The position numbers and the translations under genes are program-made. From Actinomycetota bacterium (GTDB lineage: Bacteria; Actinomycetota; Acidimicrobiia; Acidimicrobiales; AC-35): DNA of 62,903 nt. The notes beneath the pieces are model-generated. The model was not told where the DNA came from, made no database searches, and saw nothing but the letters and a program-made list of their open reading frames with translations. The number at the start of each line of letters is the position of its first letter. The stretch's first letter is position 1. Location of the stretch: contig VAXP01000119.1 of assembly GCA_005884125.1 (NCBI GenBank), forward strand, positions 18,788 to 81,690, given 5' to 3'. Positions 21,621 through 29,323 of the stretch are shown here, piece after piece.

Positions 21621-21719
21621 ATGGGCTCTCTGATCAAGAAGCGCCGCAAGCGGATGCGGAAGAAGAAGCACAAGAAGATGCTGAAGGCCACCCGCTGGCA
21701 GCGCCGGTCGGGGAAGTAG
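21621..21719 (+). CDS. Actinobacterial mini ribosomal protein bS22-like (32 aa)
   Basis: MGSLIKKRRKRMRKKKHKKMLKATRWQRRSGK resembles the MGSVIKKRRKRM.KKKH.K bS22 family. Too short for the ORF track's true start. A TAGCCT -10-like hexamer 11 nt upstream and no SD suggest a (near-)leaderless mRNA. Confidence 0.85.
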   Translation: MGSLIKKRRKRMRKKKHKKMLKATRWQRRSGK

Positions 21720-21772
21720 CCCCTGGCCGTCCCCGGGCCTCAACCCGGCAACAAGGTCGAGCAGATCGAGCA

Positions 21773-21798
21773 GCGGCCGCCCTCCGGGGCGGCCGCTC
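21773..21798. terminator. 11-bp GC hairpin between convergent bS22 and ispE; candidate bidirectional terminator without a U-tract
   Basis: AGCGGCCGCCC-tccg-GGGCGGCCGCT is a perfect inverted repeat, and its position between convergent 3' ends fits a terminator. Confidence 0.55.
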
Positions 21799-21800
21799 GG

Positions 21801-21838
21801 CGTGGAGGGGGCTTCAGGGCGTGGAGGGGGCTTCAGGG
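21801..21838. repeat. Perfect 19-bp tandem duplication (cgtggagggggcttcaggg x2) covering the ispE stop codon
   Basis: Direct read: 21801-21819 is identical to 21820-21838. The ispE TGA (21833-21835) lies in copy 2. Confidence 0.9.
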
Positions 21839-22594
21839 CCGGGCCGTGTGGACCACCACCCTGCCCTCCCCGGGGAAGGCGCCCTCCACGAACCAGGTCG
21901 AGCCGCTCCCGGCCAGCACGGGCTCGCGACCCGTGTCCCTCCCGAGTCTCTCCCGCCACCGTCGCAGCCGGGGCTCGACCGAGAGGGCCGCGGCCTCGAG
22001 GTGGTTACGGCCCGCGGTGCTGGAACCGAGCTCGTCCCAGGCCCGGTACACAGCCGCGGTGGACACGCCGAAGGGAGGGATGAGCAGGGTGAAGACCCGG
22101 GCCTCGAAGGCCAGGGGCTCGAGAACCTCGCCGATCCCCCGCACGCGCGCCCGCCCGCCGACCAGGCAGAACGGCACGTCGGCGCCCAGGCGGGCGGCCA
22201 GGGCGAGCTGGTCGGGCGAGGCGCCGGAGATCCCGGCCCAGCGGAGCACGGCGGCGGCGTCGGCCGACCCGCCGCCCAGGCCCGCTCCCGCTGGGATCCG
22301 CTTCTCGAGGCGCACCTGCGCCCGGCGTCCCACCGCGGCCAGGGCGCTCACCACCAGGTTGTCCTCACCCGGTGGCACGCCCGTCACGGCGACCCCACCT
22401 CCGAGAGGTCCCCCGGCGTCCACCACCTCGAGCCCGTCGCCCTCCGAGAAGAACAGCGCGTCGGCCAGGTCGACGCTCACCATCTCCGCGTCGACGAGGT
22501 GGTAGCCGTCGTCGCGCCTCCCGCCGATCCCCAGCGACAGGGTCAGCTTGGCGAGGGCGAGGACGCGCTGGGGTCGCGCCGCCTGGTCAGCCAC
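21833..22594 (-). CDS. ispE: 4-diphosphocytidyl-2-C-methyl-D-erythritol kinase
   Basis: AKLTLSLGIGGRRDDGYHLVDAEMVSV, KRIPAGAGLGGGSADAAAVL (GHMP motif), ADVPFCL. Start set at GTG 22594, overlapping the rsmA 3' end by about 52 nt; the 410-aa ORF-track call is over-extended. Confidence 0.88.
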   Translation of the reverse strand: MADQAARPQRVLALAKLTLSLGIGGRRDDGYHLVDAEMVSVDLADALFFSEGDGLEVVDAGGPLGGGVAVTGVPPGEDNLVVSALAAVGRRAQVRLEKRIPAGAGLGGGSADAAAVLRWAGISGASPDQLALAARLGADVPFCLVGGRARVRGIGEVLEPLAFEARVFTLLIPPFGVSTAAVYRAWDELGSSTAGRNHLEAAALSVEPRLRRWRERLGRDTGREPVLAGSGSTWFVEGAFPGEGRVVVHTARP

Positions 22595-23406
22595 GCCGCC
22601 AGTGTTCCCCAGGCACGCACGTCGAGCTCCTCGGCCCGGGCCTCGGGCCGGAGGCCGGCGGCGACGAGGTCCTCCGCCGTGGCCAGGCCGGCGAGGGCGC
22701 GCCGCAGCATCTTGCGCCTCTGCCCGAAGCCGGCGCGCACAAGGGCGAAGAGGTCCTCGTACGGAGCGATGGCGGGGTCGACCGCGGGCCGCGGGAGACG
22801 GTCGAGGGCGACAAGCACGGAGGCGACCTTGGGTTCGGGCAAGAACACCGTCGCCGGCACCCGGCCCACGACCTTGGCCGTGGCCCAGTAGGCCACCTTC
22901 ACCGAGACGGCTCCGTAGCCGGGGGCCCGGGGCCCGGCCGCCAGGCGCTCGCCCACCTCGCGCTGGACCATCACCAGGAGGCGGCCGACGGCGGGCGCGG
23001 CTTCGAGGACGTCCACCACGAGCGAGGCGGCCAGGTTGTAGGGCAGATTGGCCACCAGGGCCCACGGGCCCGGCTCGGGCTCGAGCAGCGCCCCCCAGTC
23101 GAGGCCGCGGGCGTCGGCCTCGACCACGCGCACACCGCTGGAGGAGACGAGCTCACGCAGCACGGGCAGGAGGTGGCGGTCTGTCTCCAGCGCGGTCACG
23201 TCGGCGCCCGTCTCGGCCAGGGCCAGGGTCAGCGAGCCCAGCCCGGCCCCGATCTCCAGCACGCGGTCTCCCGGGCCGACCCGGGCCAGGCGGGCTATGC
23301 GGCGCACGGTGTTGGGGTCGGCCACGAAGTTCTGGCCCAGGGCACGGTTGGCGCGCAGGCCGTGGCGCGCCATGAGATCTCGCACCTCCTGGCGGGTGAG
23401 CGTCAC
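22543..23406 (-). CDS. rsmA: 16S rRNA (adenine1518/1519-N6)-dimethyltransferase
   Basis: LGQNFVADPNTVRRI, VLEIGAGLGSLTLAL, ANLPYN motifs. Confidence 0.95.
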   Translation of the reverse strand: MTLTRQEVRDLMARHGLRANRALGQNFVADPNTVRRIARLARVGPGDRVLEIGAGLGSLTLALAETGADVTALETDRHLLPVLRELVSSSGVRVVEADARGLDWGALLEPEPGPWALVANLPYNLAASLVVDVLEAAPAVGRLLVMVQREVGERLAAGPRAPGYGAVSVKVAYWATAKVVGRVPATVFLPEPKVASVLVALDRLPRPAVDPAIAPYEDLFALVRAGFGQRRKMLRRALAGLATAEDLVAAGLRPEARAEELDVRAWGTLAAWLTRRRDPSASSPSPS

Positions 23407-23504
23407 CGGTGCTGAAGGCTAGAGCGCGTCGGGCGCGTGAGGCGCGTCTATCTGCAGGAGGGCCGGAGCGCGGCGAAGGGGGTCAGTGCCGCGGCGTCAC
23501 GTCG

Positions 23505-24104
23505 TCACCACGTGATGCGGACCTCGATGACGCCCGACGACGTGGAGGCGATCCTGGCGAAGGTGTCCCTGCTGAGATCGATGATGCGACCGGCCACGTA
23601 CGGCCCTCGATCGGCCACGCGGCAGGTGGTGGAGGCGCCGCTGGATTGGTTGGTCACGGTGACGATGGTGCCGAAGGGAAGCGAGCGATGGGCGCACGTG
23701 CCCGCGGGCGCGTCGTACCAGGACGCGCCGCCGGTCTGGCTGTTGCGGGGAGGCCCAGTGGTGTCGGTGGTGGGGGGCGCCGTGGTCGGCGGCGGAGGGG
23801 GTGGCGAGGTGGTCGTGGTCGTGGGACGGGGCTGCGACGCGGCCTTGACCGTCGTCGGGGTCGTGGTCGGTGGAGGTGGAGGTGGAGGTGGAGGTGGAGG
23901 TGGAGGTGCGCCACCAGCGTCGGTGGCCGCGGCCACCTGCGTGGACTCGGTGAGCCCGGCGTCGGGCAAGGCCGAGGGCCGGGGCGGGCTGGGAGGGGCG
24001 GGGGTTCCCACCGAGGGATCGAGGTCGACCACCACCGCGGCACCCACGGCCGCGATGCGCATGAGGGCTCTGGTCGGGCGCGAAAGCGCAGACCCAGCCG
24101 CCAT
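23505..24104 (-). CDS. Membrane-anchored RlpA-like double-psi beta-barrel (DPBB) protein with a Pro/Thr-rich linker
   Basis: C-terminus GGASWYDAPAGTCAHRSLPFGTIVTVTN...CRVADRGPYVAGRIIDLSRDTFARIA...IEVRITW is RlpA/DPBB-like. Start uncertain: ATG 24104 is preferred over GTG 24215 because the first 37 codons use atypical AT-rich codons. Confidence 0.75.
   Translation of the reverse strand: MAAGSALSRPTRALMRIAAVGAAVVVDLDPSVGTPAPPSPPRPSALPDAGLTESTQVAAATDAGGAPPPPPPPPPPPPPTTTPTTVKAASQPRPTTTTTSPPPPPPTTAPPTTDTTGPPRNSQTGGASWYDAPAGTCAHRSLPFGTIVTVTNQSSGASTTCRVADRGPYVAGRIIDLSRDTFARIASTSSGVIEVRITW
23869..23908. repeat. (GGTGGA)6.7 hexanucleotide microsatellite encoding a 13-Pro run on the minus strand
   Basis: Direct read of six perfect GGTGGA units plus GGTG; it translates to PPPPPPPPPPPPP inside the RlpA-like CDS. 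Confidence 0.95.
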
Positions 24105-24316
24105 GCCGGCTGCGCCGGCGCCGCCATTGGCCACGAGGGCCGAATGCGACGATCGGTGCGGGCGCGTCAGGACATACGGCACCGCAAGTAAGGCAGCGCA
24201 TATGTTCAGCACCACCAGGCGCCGTAGCCCTGCCGCGGATTTTCTCCTCAGGGATTGCCCCTTTGGTCGCGGTCAGGGAACGTGCTGTGACGGGGGAAGT
24301 GACCTGGTTCGGCACC

Positions 24317-25030
24317 CTAGACAGGTCCCGCTCGCCCCTGCAAACGGAAGGCGGCCTCGGCCGAGGCCCACGTCGCCTCCTCCACCGCGGGCACGGGGAC
24401 CCCCCGGACCTGGGCCACCCCCGCCCCCACCACGGGAACGAGAGACGGGCGGTTGGGCCGGCCCCGGTGCGGGACGGGAGCCAGGAACGGTGAGTCGGTC
24501 TCGACCAGCAGCCTGTCGAGGGGGCACATGGCGGCCGCGGCGCGGACGTCGCCGGCGTTGGGGAACGTGACGATGCCGCTGAAGGAGAGCCACGCGCCCA
24601 GCCCGAGGCAGCGCCGCGCCTCGTCGGGCCCTCCGGTGAAGCAGTGGAAGACGGTGCGCTCGGGAACGCCTTCGGCGGACAGGATGGCGAAGGTGTCGTC
24701 CCACGCCTGGCGCGTGTGTATCACCAGAGCCAGGTCGTGACGCCGGGCCAGAGCGATCTGAGCCGCGAAGGCATCGCGCTGCACCGGTCGTGGCGAGTGG
24801 TCGTAGTGGTAGTCGAGGCCGCACTCCCCCACGGCGACGACGGAGCCCTGCGTCAATCCTTCCTCGAGCACGGGGACGATGGAGTCGACGCCTTGCGCCG
24901 CGTCATGGGGATGGAGGCCGACATCGGTCCCGATGGTGACGAGACGCGTGACGCCCGCCTGGCGAGCCTCGTCCACGGCGTGCGAGCCGACGCCGTCGTG
25001 GGTGATGTGGCAGTGGGAGTCGGTCCACAC
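24317..25030 (-). CDS. tatD: TatD-family metal-dependent hydrolase
   Basis: WTDSHCHI, GECGLDYHYD, LVIHTRQAW, HCFTG, LVETDSPFLAPVPHRG motifs. Confidence 0.9.
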   Translation of the reverse strand: MWTDSHCHITHDGVGSHAVDEARQAGVTRLVTIGTDVGLHPHDAAQGVDSIVPVLEEGLTQGSVVAVGECGLDYHYDHSPRPVQRDAFAAQIALARRHDLALVIHTRQAWDDTFAILSAEGVPERTVFHCFTGGPDEARRCLGLGAWLSFSGIVTFPNAGDVRAAAAMCPLDRLLVETDSPFLAPVPHRGRPNRPSLVPVVGAGVAQVRGVPVPAVEEATWASAEAAFRLQGRAGPV

Positions 25031-25040
25031 GCGCGGCCCG

Positions 25041-26543
25041 TCACTGCTTGCGGGGGAAGAGGGGATCGCCCCGCTCCACGGGCAGACCTCCGGGGTACCC
25101 GCCCCAGGCCGCGGCCCCGGGCAGGCGCTGGTCCTGGGGCCGTCCCGGCAGGCCGATGCGCCGCCACAGCTCGGCGCAGGCCGCGGGCATGGCCGGGCTG
25201 GCCAGGACGGCCACGATCCGGAGCGTCTCCAGCGCGTCGCCCATCACCGAGTCGACGCCCGGACCGGCCTCGGCCCGCCACGGCTCGTTGGCCTCGAGGT
25301 AGGCGTTGGTCTCCCGGATGAGGCGCCAGGTGGACTCCAAGGCGTCGGAGGGCGCGAACCTCCTCCACGCCTCGTCGGTGGCCCGGTAGGCCTCGGCCGC
25401 CACCGACTGCAAGGGGCTGCCGTCCTGGGGTTTGGGGCCGACTCCGCCGCACTTGCGCTCGACCACGGTGGCCACCCGCGACAGGAGGTTCCCCAGGTTG
25501 TTGGCCAGGTCGGCGTTGTAGCGGTCGACCATGCGCTCGTAGGAGAAGTCGCCGTCGGGGCCGAAGGCCTGGTCCCTCAGGAAGTGGTACCGGTACCCGT
25601 CGACGCCGAAGTCGGCCACCAGGTCCCGGGGCGCGATCTGGTTGAGCCGGGTCTTGGACATCTTCTCCCCGCCGACCAGCAGCCACCCGTGGACGAAGAC
25701 GCGATGGGGCGGATCGATCCCCGCGGCCATGCACATGGCCGGCCACCACACGCAATGGAAGCGAAGGATCTCCTTGCCGATGAGATGGTGCACGACCGGC
25801 CACCAGAGGGCGAAGCGCTCGGGATCGGCGCCGTAGCCGACGGCGGTGGCGTAGTTGATGAGGGCGTCGTACCAGACGTAGAAGACGTGGCGGTCGTCCC
25901 AGGGGACGGGCACGCCCCAGGTGAGCGAGGTCCGGGTGATGCTGATGTCCTCCAGGCCCTGGCGTATGAAGCCCAGCGCCTCGTTGCGCTTGGTGGCGGG
26001 CTGGACCGCCTCGGGATTGTCCTCGTACCACCGCAGGAGGCGGTCCTGGTAGCGGCTGAGCCTGAAGAAGTAGTTCTCCTCCTTCATGAGCCGCACGGGT
26101 ATGCCGTGGATTGGGCAGCAGCCGTCGACCAGCTCGCTCTCGGCGTAGTAGGCCTCGCACGAGACGCAGTAGGGCCCCTCGTAGGTCCCCAGCTCGATGT
26201 CCCCGTTGTCGTAGACGGTCTGCAGGAAGCGCTGGACGGCCAGGTGGTGGCGGGGCTCGCTCGTGCGGATGAAGTCGTCGTTGGCGATCTGGAGCAGGCG
26301 CCAGGCCTCCCTGAAGCGCTCCACCGTCCGGTCGGCCCACTCCTGGGGGGTCACTCCGTTGGCCTCCGCCGTCTGGGCCACCTTGAGCCCGTGCTCGTCC
26401 GTCCCGGTCAGGAAGACGACGTCGTCGCCCTGGAGGCGGTGCCAGCGGCAGATGGCGTCGCCGATCACGGTCGTGTAGGCGTGGCCTATGTGGGGGGCGT
26501 CGTTGACGTAATAGATCGGCGTAGTGACGTAGAGCCGGCCCAC
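25041..26543 (-). CDS. metG: Methionine--tRNA ligase (short form, no C-terminal tRNA-binding domain)
   Basis: TTPIYYVNDAPHIGHAYT (HIGH) and GGEKMSKTRLN (KMSKS); 500 aa. The GTG start is only 41 nt from the divergent abrB-like start. Confidence 0.96.
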   Translation of the reverse strand: MGRLYVTTPIYYVNDAPHIGHAYTTVIGDAICRWHRLQGDDVVFLTGTDEHGLKVAQTAEANGVTPQEWADRTVERFREAWRLLQIANDDFIRTSEPRHHLAVQRFLQTVYDNGDIELGTYEGPYCVSCEAYYAESELVDGCCPIHGIPVRLMKEENYFFRLSRYQDRLLRWYEDNPEAVQPATKRNEALGFIRQGLEDISITRTSLTWGVPVPWDDRHVFYVWYDALINYATAVGYGADPERFALWWPVVHHLIGKEILRFHCVWWPAMCMAAGIDPPHRVFVHGWLLVGGEKMSKTRLNQIAPRDLVADFGVDGYRYHFLRDQAFGPDGDFSYERMVDRYNADLANNLGNLLSRVATVVERKCGGVGPKPQDGSPLQSVAAEAYRATDEAWRRFAPSDALESTWRLIRETNAYLEANEPWRAEAGPGVDSVMGDALETLRIVAVLASPAMPAACAELWRRIGLPGRPQDQRLPGAAAWGGYPGGLPVERGDPLFPRKQ

Positions 26544-26584
26544 GGCCGTACAGTACCGATGGCGATCGGAGGTGCCAGCGAGAA

Positions 26585-26899
26585 ATGGACGTCACGAGCG
26601 GAGTGGCCCGACGCATCGACCACCTCGGCCGGATCGTGGTGCCGGTGGAGCTGAGACGGCTTTTCGGCATCGAGCCCGGCGACGAGCTCGAGATCTCGGT
26701 GCGCGACGGCGCTATCGCCCTGGTGAAGGTGGAGACGCGCTGCGTGTTCTGCAACTCCGACCAGGGGCTGGTCGCCTTCCGGGGCAAGCGGGTCTGCGGT
26801 GGATGCGCCGGCGAGCTGTCCGGGGACCGGTGGAGCCCGGGGGAGGGCGCCCCCGTGGGGACCCCGGGCGCGGCCATGACCGACGACGTGGCCGGCTAG
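26585..26899 (+). CDS. AbrB/MazE/SpoVT-type DNA-binding protein with a C-terminal CxxC-x14-CxxC zinc-ribbon-like extension
   Basis: ARRIDHLGRIVVPVELRRLFGIEPGDELEISVRDGAIALVK is a swapped-hairpin SpoVT-AbrB domain, followed by CVFCNSDQGLVAFRGKRVCGGC. GGAGG Shine-Dalgarno 11 nt upstream of the ATG. Confidence 0.85.
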   Translation: MDVTSGVARRIDHLGRIVVPVELRRLFGIEPGDELEISVRDGAIALVKVETRCVFCNSDQGLVAFRGKRVCGGCAGELSGDRWSPGEGAPVGTPGAAMTDDVAG

Positions 26900-26923
26900 C
26901 CGTAGATCGCCCCCCCGGGCGGA

Positions 26924-27741
26924 TCACTTCCGGAGGCGCACGGAGGCGTCGTAGACCCGGCGCTTGGGCACACCCAGCTCGGCCGCCACCAGCGGGACGG
27001 CTTGGCGGCCACGGCCGCCTCCACCTGCTCGTCGCTGGCCGGCTCGGGCCCGCCCGCCCCCGCCACCACCAGCACGTGCTCGCCCCTGGGCGCCGACTCC
27101 CGGGCCCGGGCCAGGGCCCCGTCGAGGGTCCCCCGCCACACCTCCTCGTGCAGCTTGGTGAGCTCGCGGGCCACGGCCACCAGGCGCAGGGGACCGCAGG
27201 CCGCCAGCAGGTCGCCCAGCGTGGCCTCGAGCCGGTGGGGCGCCTCGTAGAGCACGGTGGTGCGGCGCTCGGCCGCGATGGCCCCAAGCCGCTCGGCCCG
27301 CTCACGTCCCTTGCGGGGGAGGAAGCCCTCGAAGCAGAAGCGGGCGGTGGGCAGCCCGCTCAGCACCAGGGCGGCGACCAGGGCGGAGGGTCCGGGGACC
27401 ACCTCGACCCGGGCCCCGGCCCCGGCCGCGGCCACCACCAGCCTGGTGCCCGGATCGGAGATGCCGGGCGTGCCCGCGTCGGTCACCACGGCCACGTCGA
27501 CGCCCCGGTCGAGCAGACCCAGGACGTGGGCGACCTGGCCCGCCTCGTTGTGCTCGTGGACGGCCAGGAGCCGCTTGCCGGAGATGCCGGCGTGGGTGAG
27601 CAGCTTGCGGGTGTGGCGGGTGTCCTCGCAGGCGATGACCCCGACCCGGGCCAGCGTGTCCGTGGCCCGGGGCGAGAGGTCGCCGAGGTTGCCGATCGGG
27701 GTGGAGACCAGGATGAGGCTTCCGGTCGGGGCCATGGCCAC
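26924..27741 (-). pseudogene. rsmI: 16S rRNA (cytidine1402-2'-O)-methyltransferase RsmI with an apparent 1-nt frameshift near 27000-27006 (methylase domain intact, conserved C-terminal tail in another frame)
   Basis: Frame A (27741 down) reads LILVSTPIGNLGDLSPRATDTL...IACEDTRHTRKLL...GEHVLVVAG...EAAVAAK, then non-homologous PSRWWRPSW.... The -1 frame continues AVPLVAAELGVPKRRVYDASVRLRK*, the typical RsmI tail, stopping at 26924. Confidence 0.7.
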
Positions 27742-28074
27742 TCACTCCCCGGCGATCTCCAGCTTGTCCCCGGGGCGGAGGCGCCAGCGCTCGAAGGCGC
27801 CGGCGGGAACCTCGAGGATGCAGCACACGCCCCGCCTGGGCCTGGTGACGCGGAAGGGGCGCAGGCACAGCGTCTCGGTCACGACGAGGTCCTCGTCGCA
27901 GAAGGCGACGTCGATGGGGAAGCGCATGCCCACGGTGTGGACCGAATGGGCGGGCCGGAGGAGGAGGGCGCCCTCGTAGTGGTCGCGACCCATCAGCCCC
28001 TTCACCCGGTCCCGGAGAGACCCCGCCACCTCGAGCGTGGCCAGGACCTCGCCCTCCCGGAGCAACCAGGCCAT
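27742..28074 (-). CDS. DUF192 domain-containing protein
   Basis: 110 aa. LRDRVKGLMGR...HTVGMRFPIDVAFCDED...VLEVPAG resembles DUF192. Its stop abuts the rsmI ATG. Confidence 0.7.
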   Translation of the reverse strand: MAWLLREGEVLATLEVAGSLRDRVKGLMGRDHYEGALLLRPAHSVHTVGMRFPIDVAFCDEDLVVTETLCLRPFRVTRPRRGVCCILEVPAGAFERWRLRPGDKLEIAGE

Positions 28075-28084
28075 CTCGACCCGA

Positions 28085-29161
28085 TCAGACGTTGAAGCGG
28101 ATCTCGAGGACGTCGCCGTCGACGACCTCGTAGTCCTTGCCCTCGACCCGCAGGCGCCCCGCCGCTTTGGCCGCGGTCCATGACCCGAGCTCCAGGAGCT
28201 CGTCCCAGCGGATCACCTCGGCGCGGATGAAGCCGCGTTGCAGGTCGGAGTGGATGACCCCGGCGCACTCGGGCGCCTTGGCCCCGGCCCGGAACGTCCA
28301 GGCCCGCGACTCCTTGTCTCCCGTGGTGAGGAACGTGCGCCGGCCCAGCAGGTGGTAGGCGGCGCGCACGACCCGGGGGAGGGCGCCCTCGCCCAGGCCC
28401 AGACCCTGCAGCAGCTCGGCCCGCTCCCCCGCGGCCAGCTGGGCCGCCTCCGCCTCCAGCTGCACGCTCACCCCCAGGACCTCGGCCGTCCCTCCGAGCT
28501 CCTCGGCCACCGGCTTGACCAGCCGGTCGCCCTCGGGCACCTGGTCGTCTCCCAGGTTGACGACGGCCAGCACCGGCTTGTTGGTGAGCAGGAAGACGGG
28601 GCGCAGCGCGGCCCGGGCCTCTTCGTCGAGCGCCGAGCGGTACAGCGGGGTTCCGGCGTGGAGGGCGGCCAGGGCCTTCTCCATGGCCGACACCTCGCCG
28701 GCCAGGGAGTGGTCGACCCGGGCCGCCTTGCGCCGCTTGTCGAGCTGAACCTCCAGGCTGGCCGCGTCGGCCAGGACGAGCTCGAGCTCGAGCACGCCGA
28801 GGTCCTCCAGGGGGTCGGTGCCGCCGACAACGTTGGCGTCCTCGAAGGCCCGCAGCACCAGGCACAGGGCGTCGACCTCGCGTATCCCGGCCAGGAAGCG
28901 GTTGCCCAGCCCCTCGCCGGTGGAGGAGCCCGCCACCAAACCGGCGATGTCGACCACCTCGACGGTGGCGTGCACCACCTTGCGGCTGTGGCTCATGTCG
29001 GCCAGGGCCAGGAGGCGGTGGTCGGGAACCTGGGCCACCCCCACCGCGGTCTCGGTGGTGGAGAAGGGATGCGCGGCGACGGGCGCCGAGCCCCCGGTGA
29101 GGGCGTTGAAGAGGGCGGACTTCCCCGAGTTGGGCAGCCCGACGATCCCGATTCGCTCCAC
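28085..29161 (-). CDS. ychF: Redox-regulated ATPase YchF
   Basis: IGIVGLPNSGKSALFNALT (G1), DIAGLV, plus the C-terminal TGS/YchF signature FTTGDKESRAWT...IHSDLQRGFIRAEV. Confidence 0.95.
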   Translation of the reverse strand: MERIGIVGLPNSGKSALFNALTGGSAPVAAHPFSTTETAVGVAQVPDHRLLALADMSHSRKVVHATVEVVDIAGLVAGSSTGEGLGNRFLAGIREVDALCLVLRAFEDANVVGGTDPLEDLGVLELELVLADAASLEVQLDKRRKAARVDHSLAGEVSAMEKALAALHAGTPLYRSALDEEARAALRPVFLLTNKPVLAVVNLGDDQVPEGDRLVKPVAEELGGTAEVLGVSVQLEAEAAQLAAGERAELLQGLGLGEGALPRVVRAAYHLLGRRTFLTTGDKESRAWTFRAGAKAPECAGVIHSDLQRGFIRAEVIRWDELLELGSWTAAKAAGRLRVEGKDYEVVDGDVLEIRFNV

Positions 29162-29226
29162 CGGCTCCCACGCTATCGCCCGGGCCCGACGGGCCCGGAG
29201 GTCTGCTCAGCTACCCTCGGCCGGTC

Positions 29227-29310
29227 ATGTCGAAGAGAACCGTGAAGCGAAACATGCGCAAGAAGAAGAAGGCGAACCACGGCAAGAAGCCCAACTGCGG
29301 CCGGGGTTGA
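29227..29310 (+). CDS. Actinobacterial mini ribosomal protein bL37-like (27 aa)
   Basis: MSKRTVKRNMRKKKKANHGKKPNCGRG contains the KANHGK(R/K)PN core I recall for mycobacterial bL37. Not in the ORF track. TACCCT -10-like hexamer 10 nt upstream, no SD. Confidence 0.7.
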   Translation: MSKRTVKRNMRKKKKANHGKKPNCGRG

Positions 29311-29323
29311 ACCCCCTCGCGCC

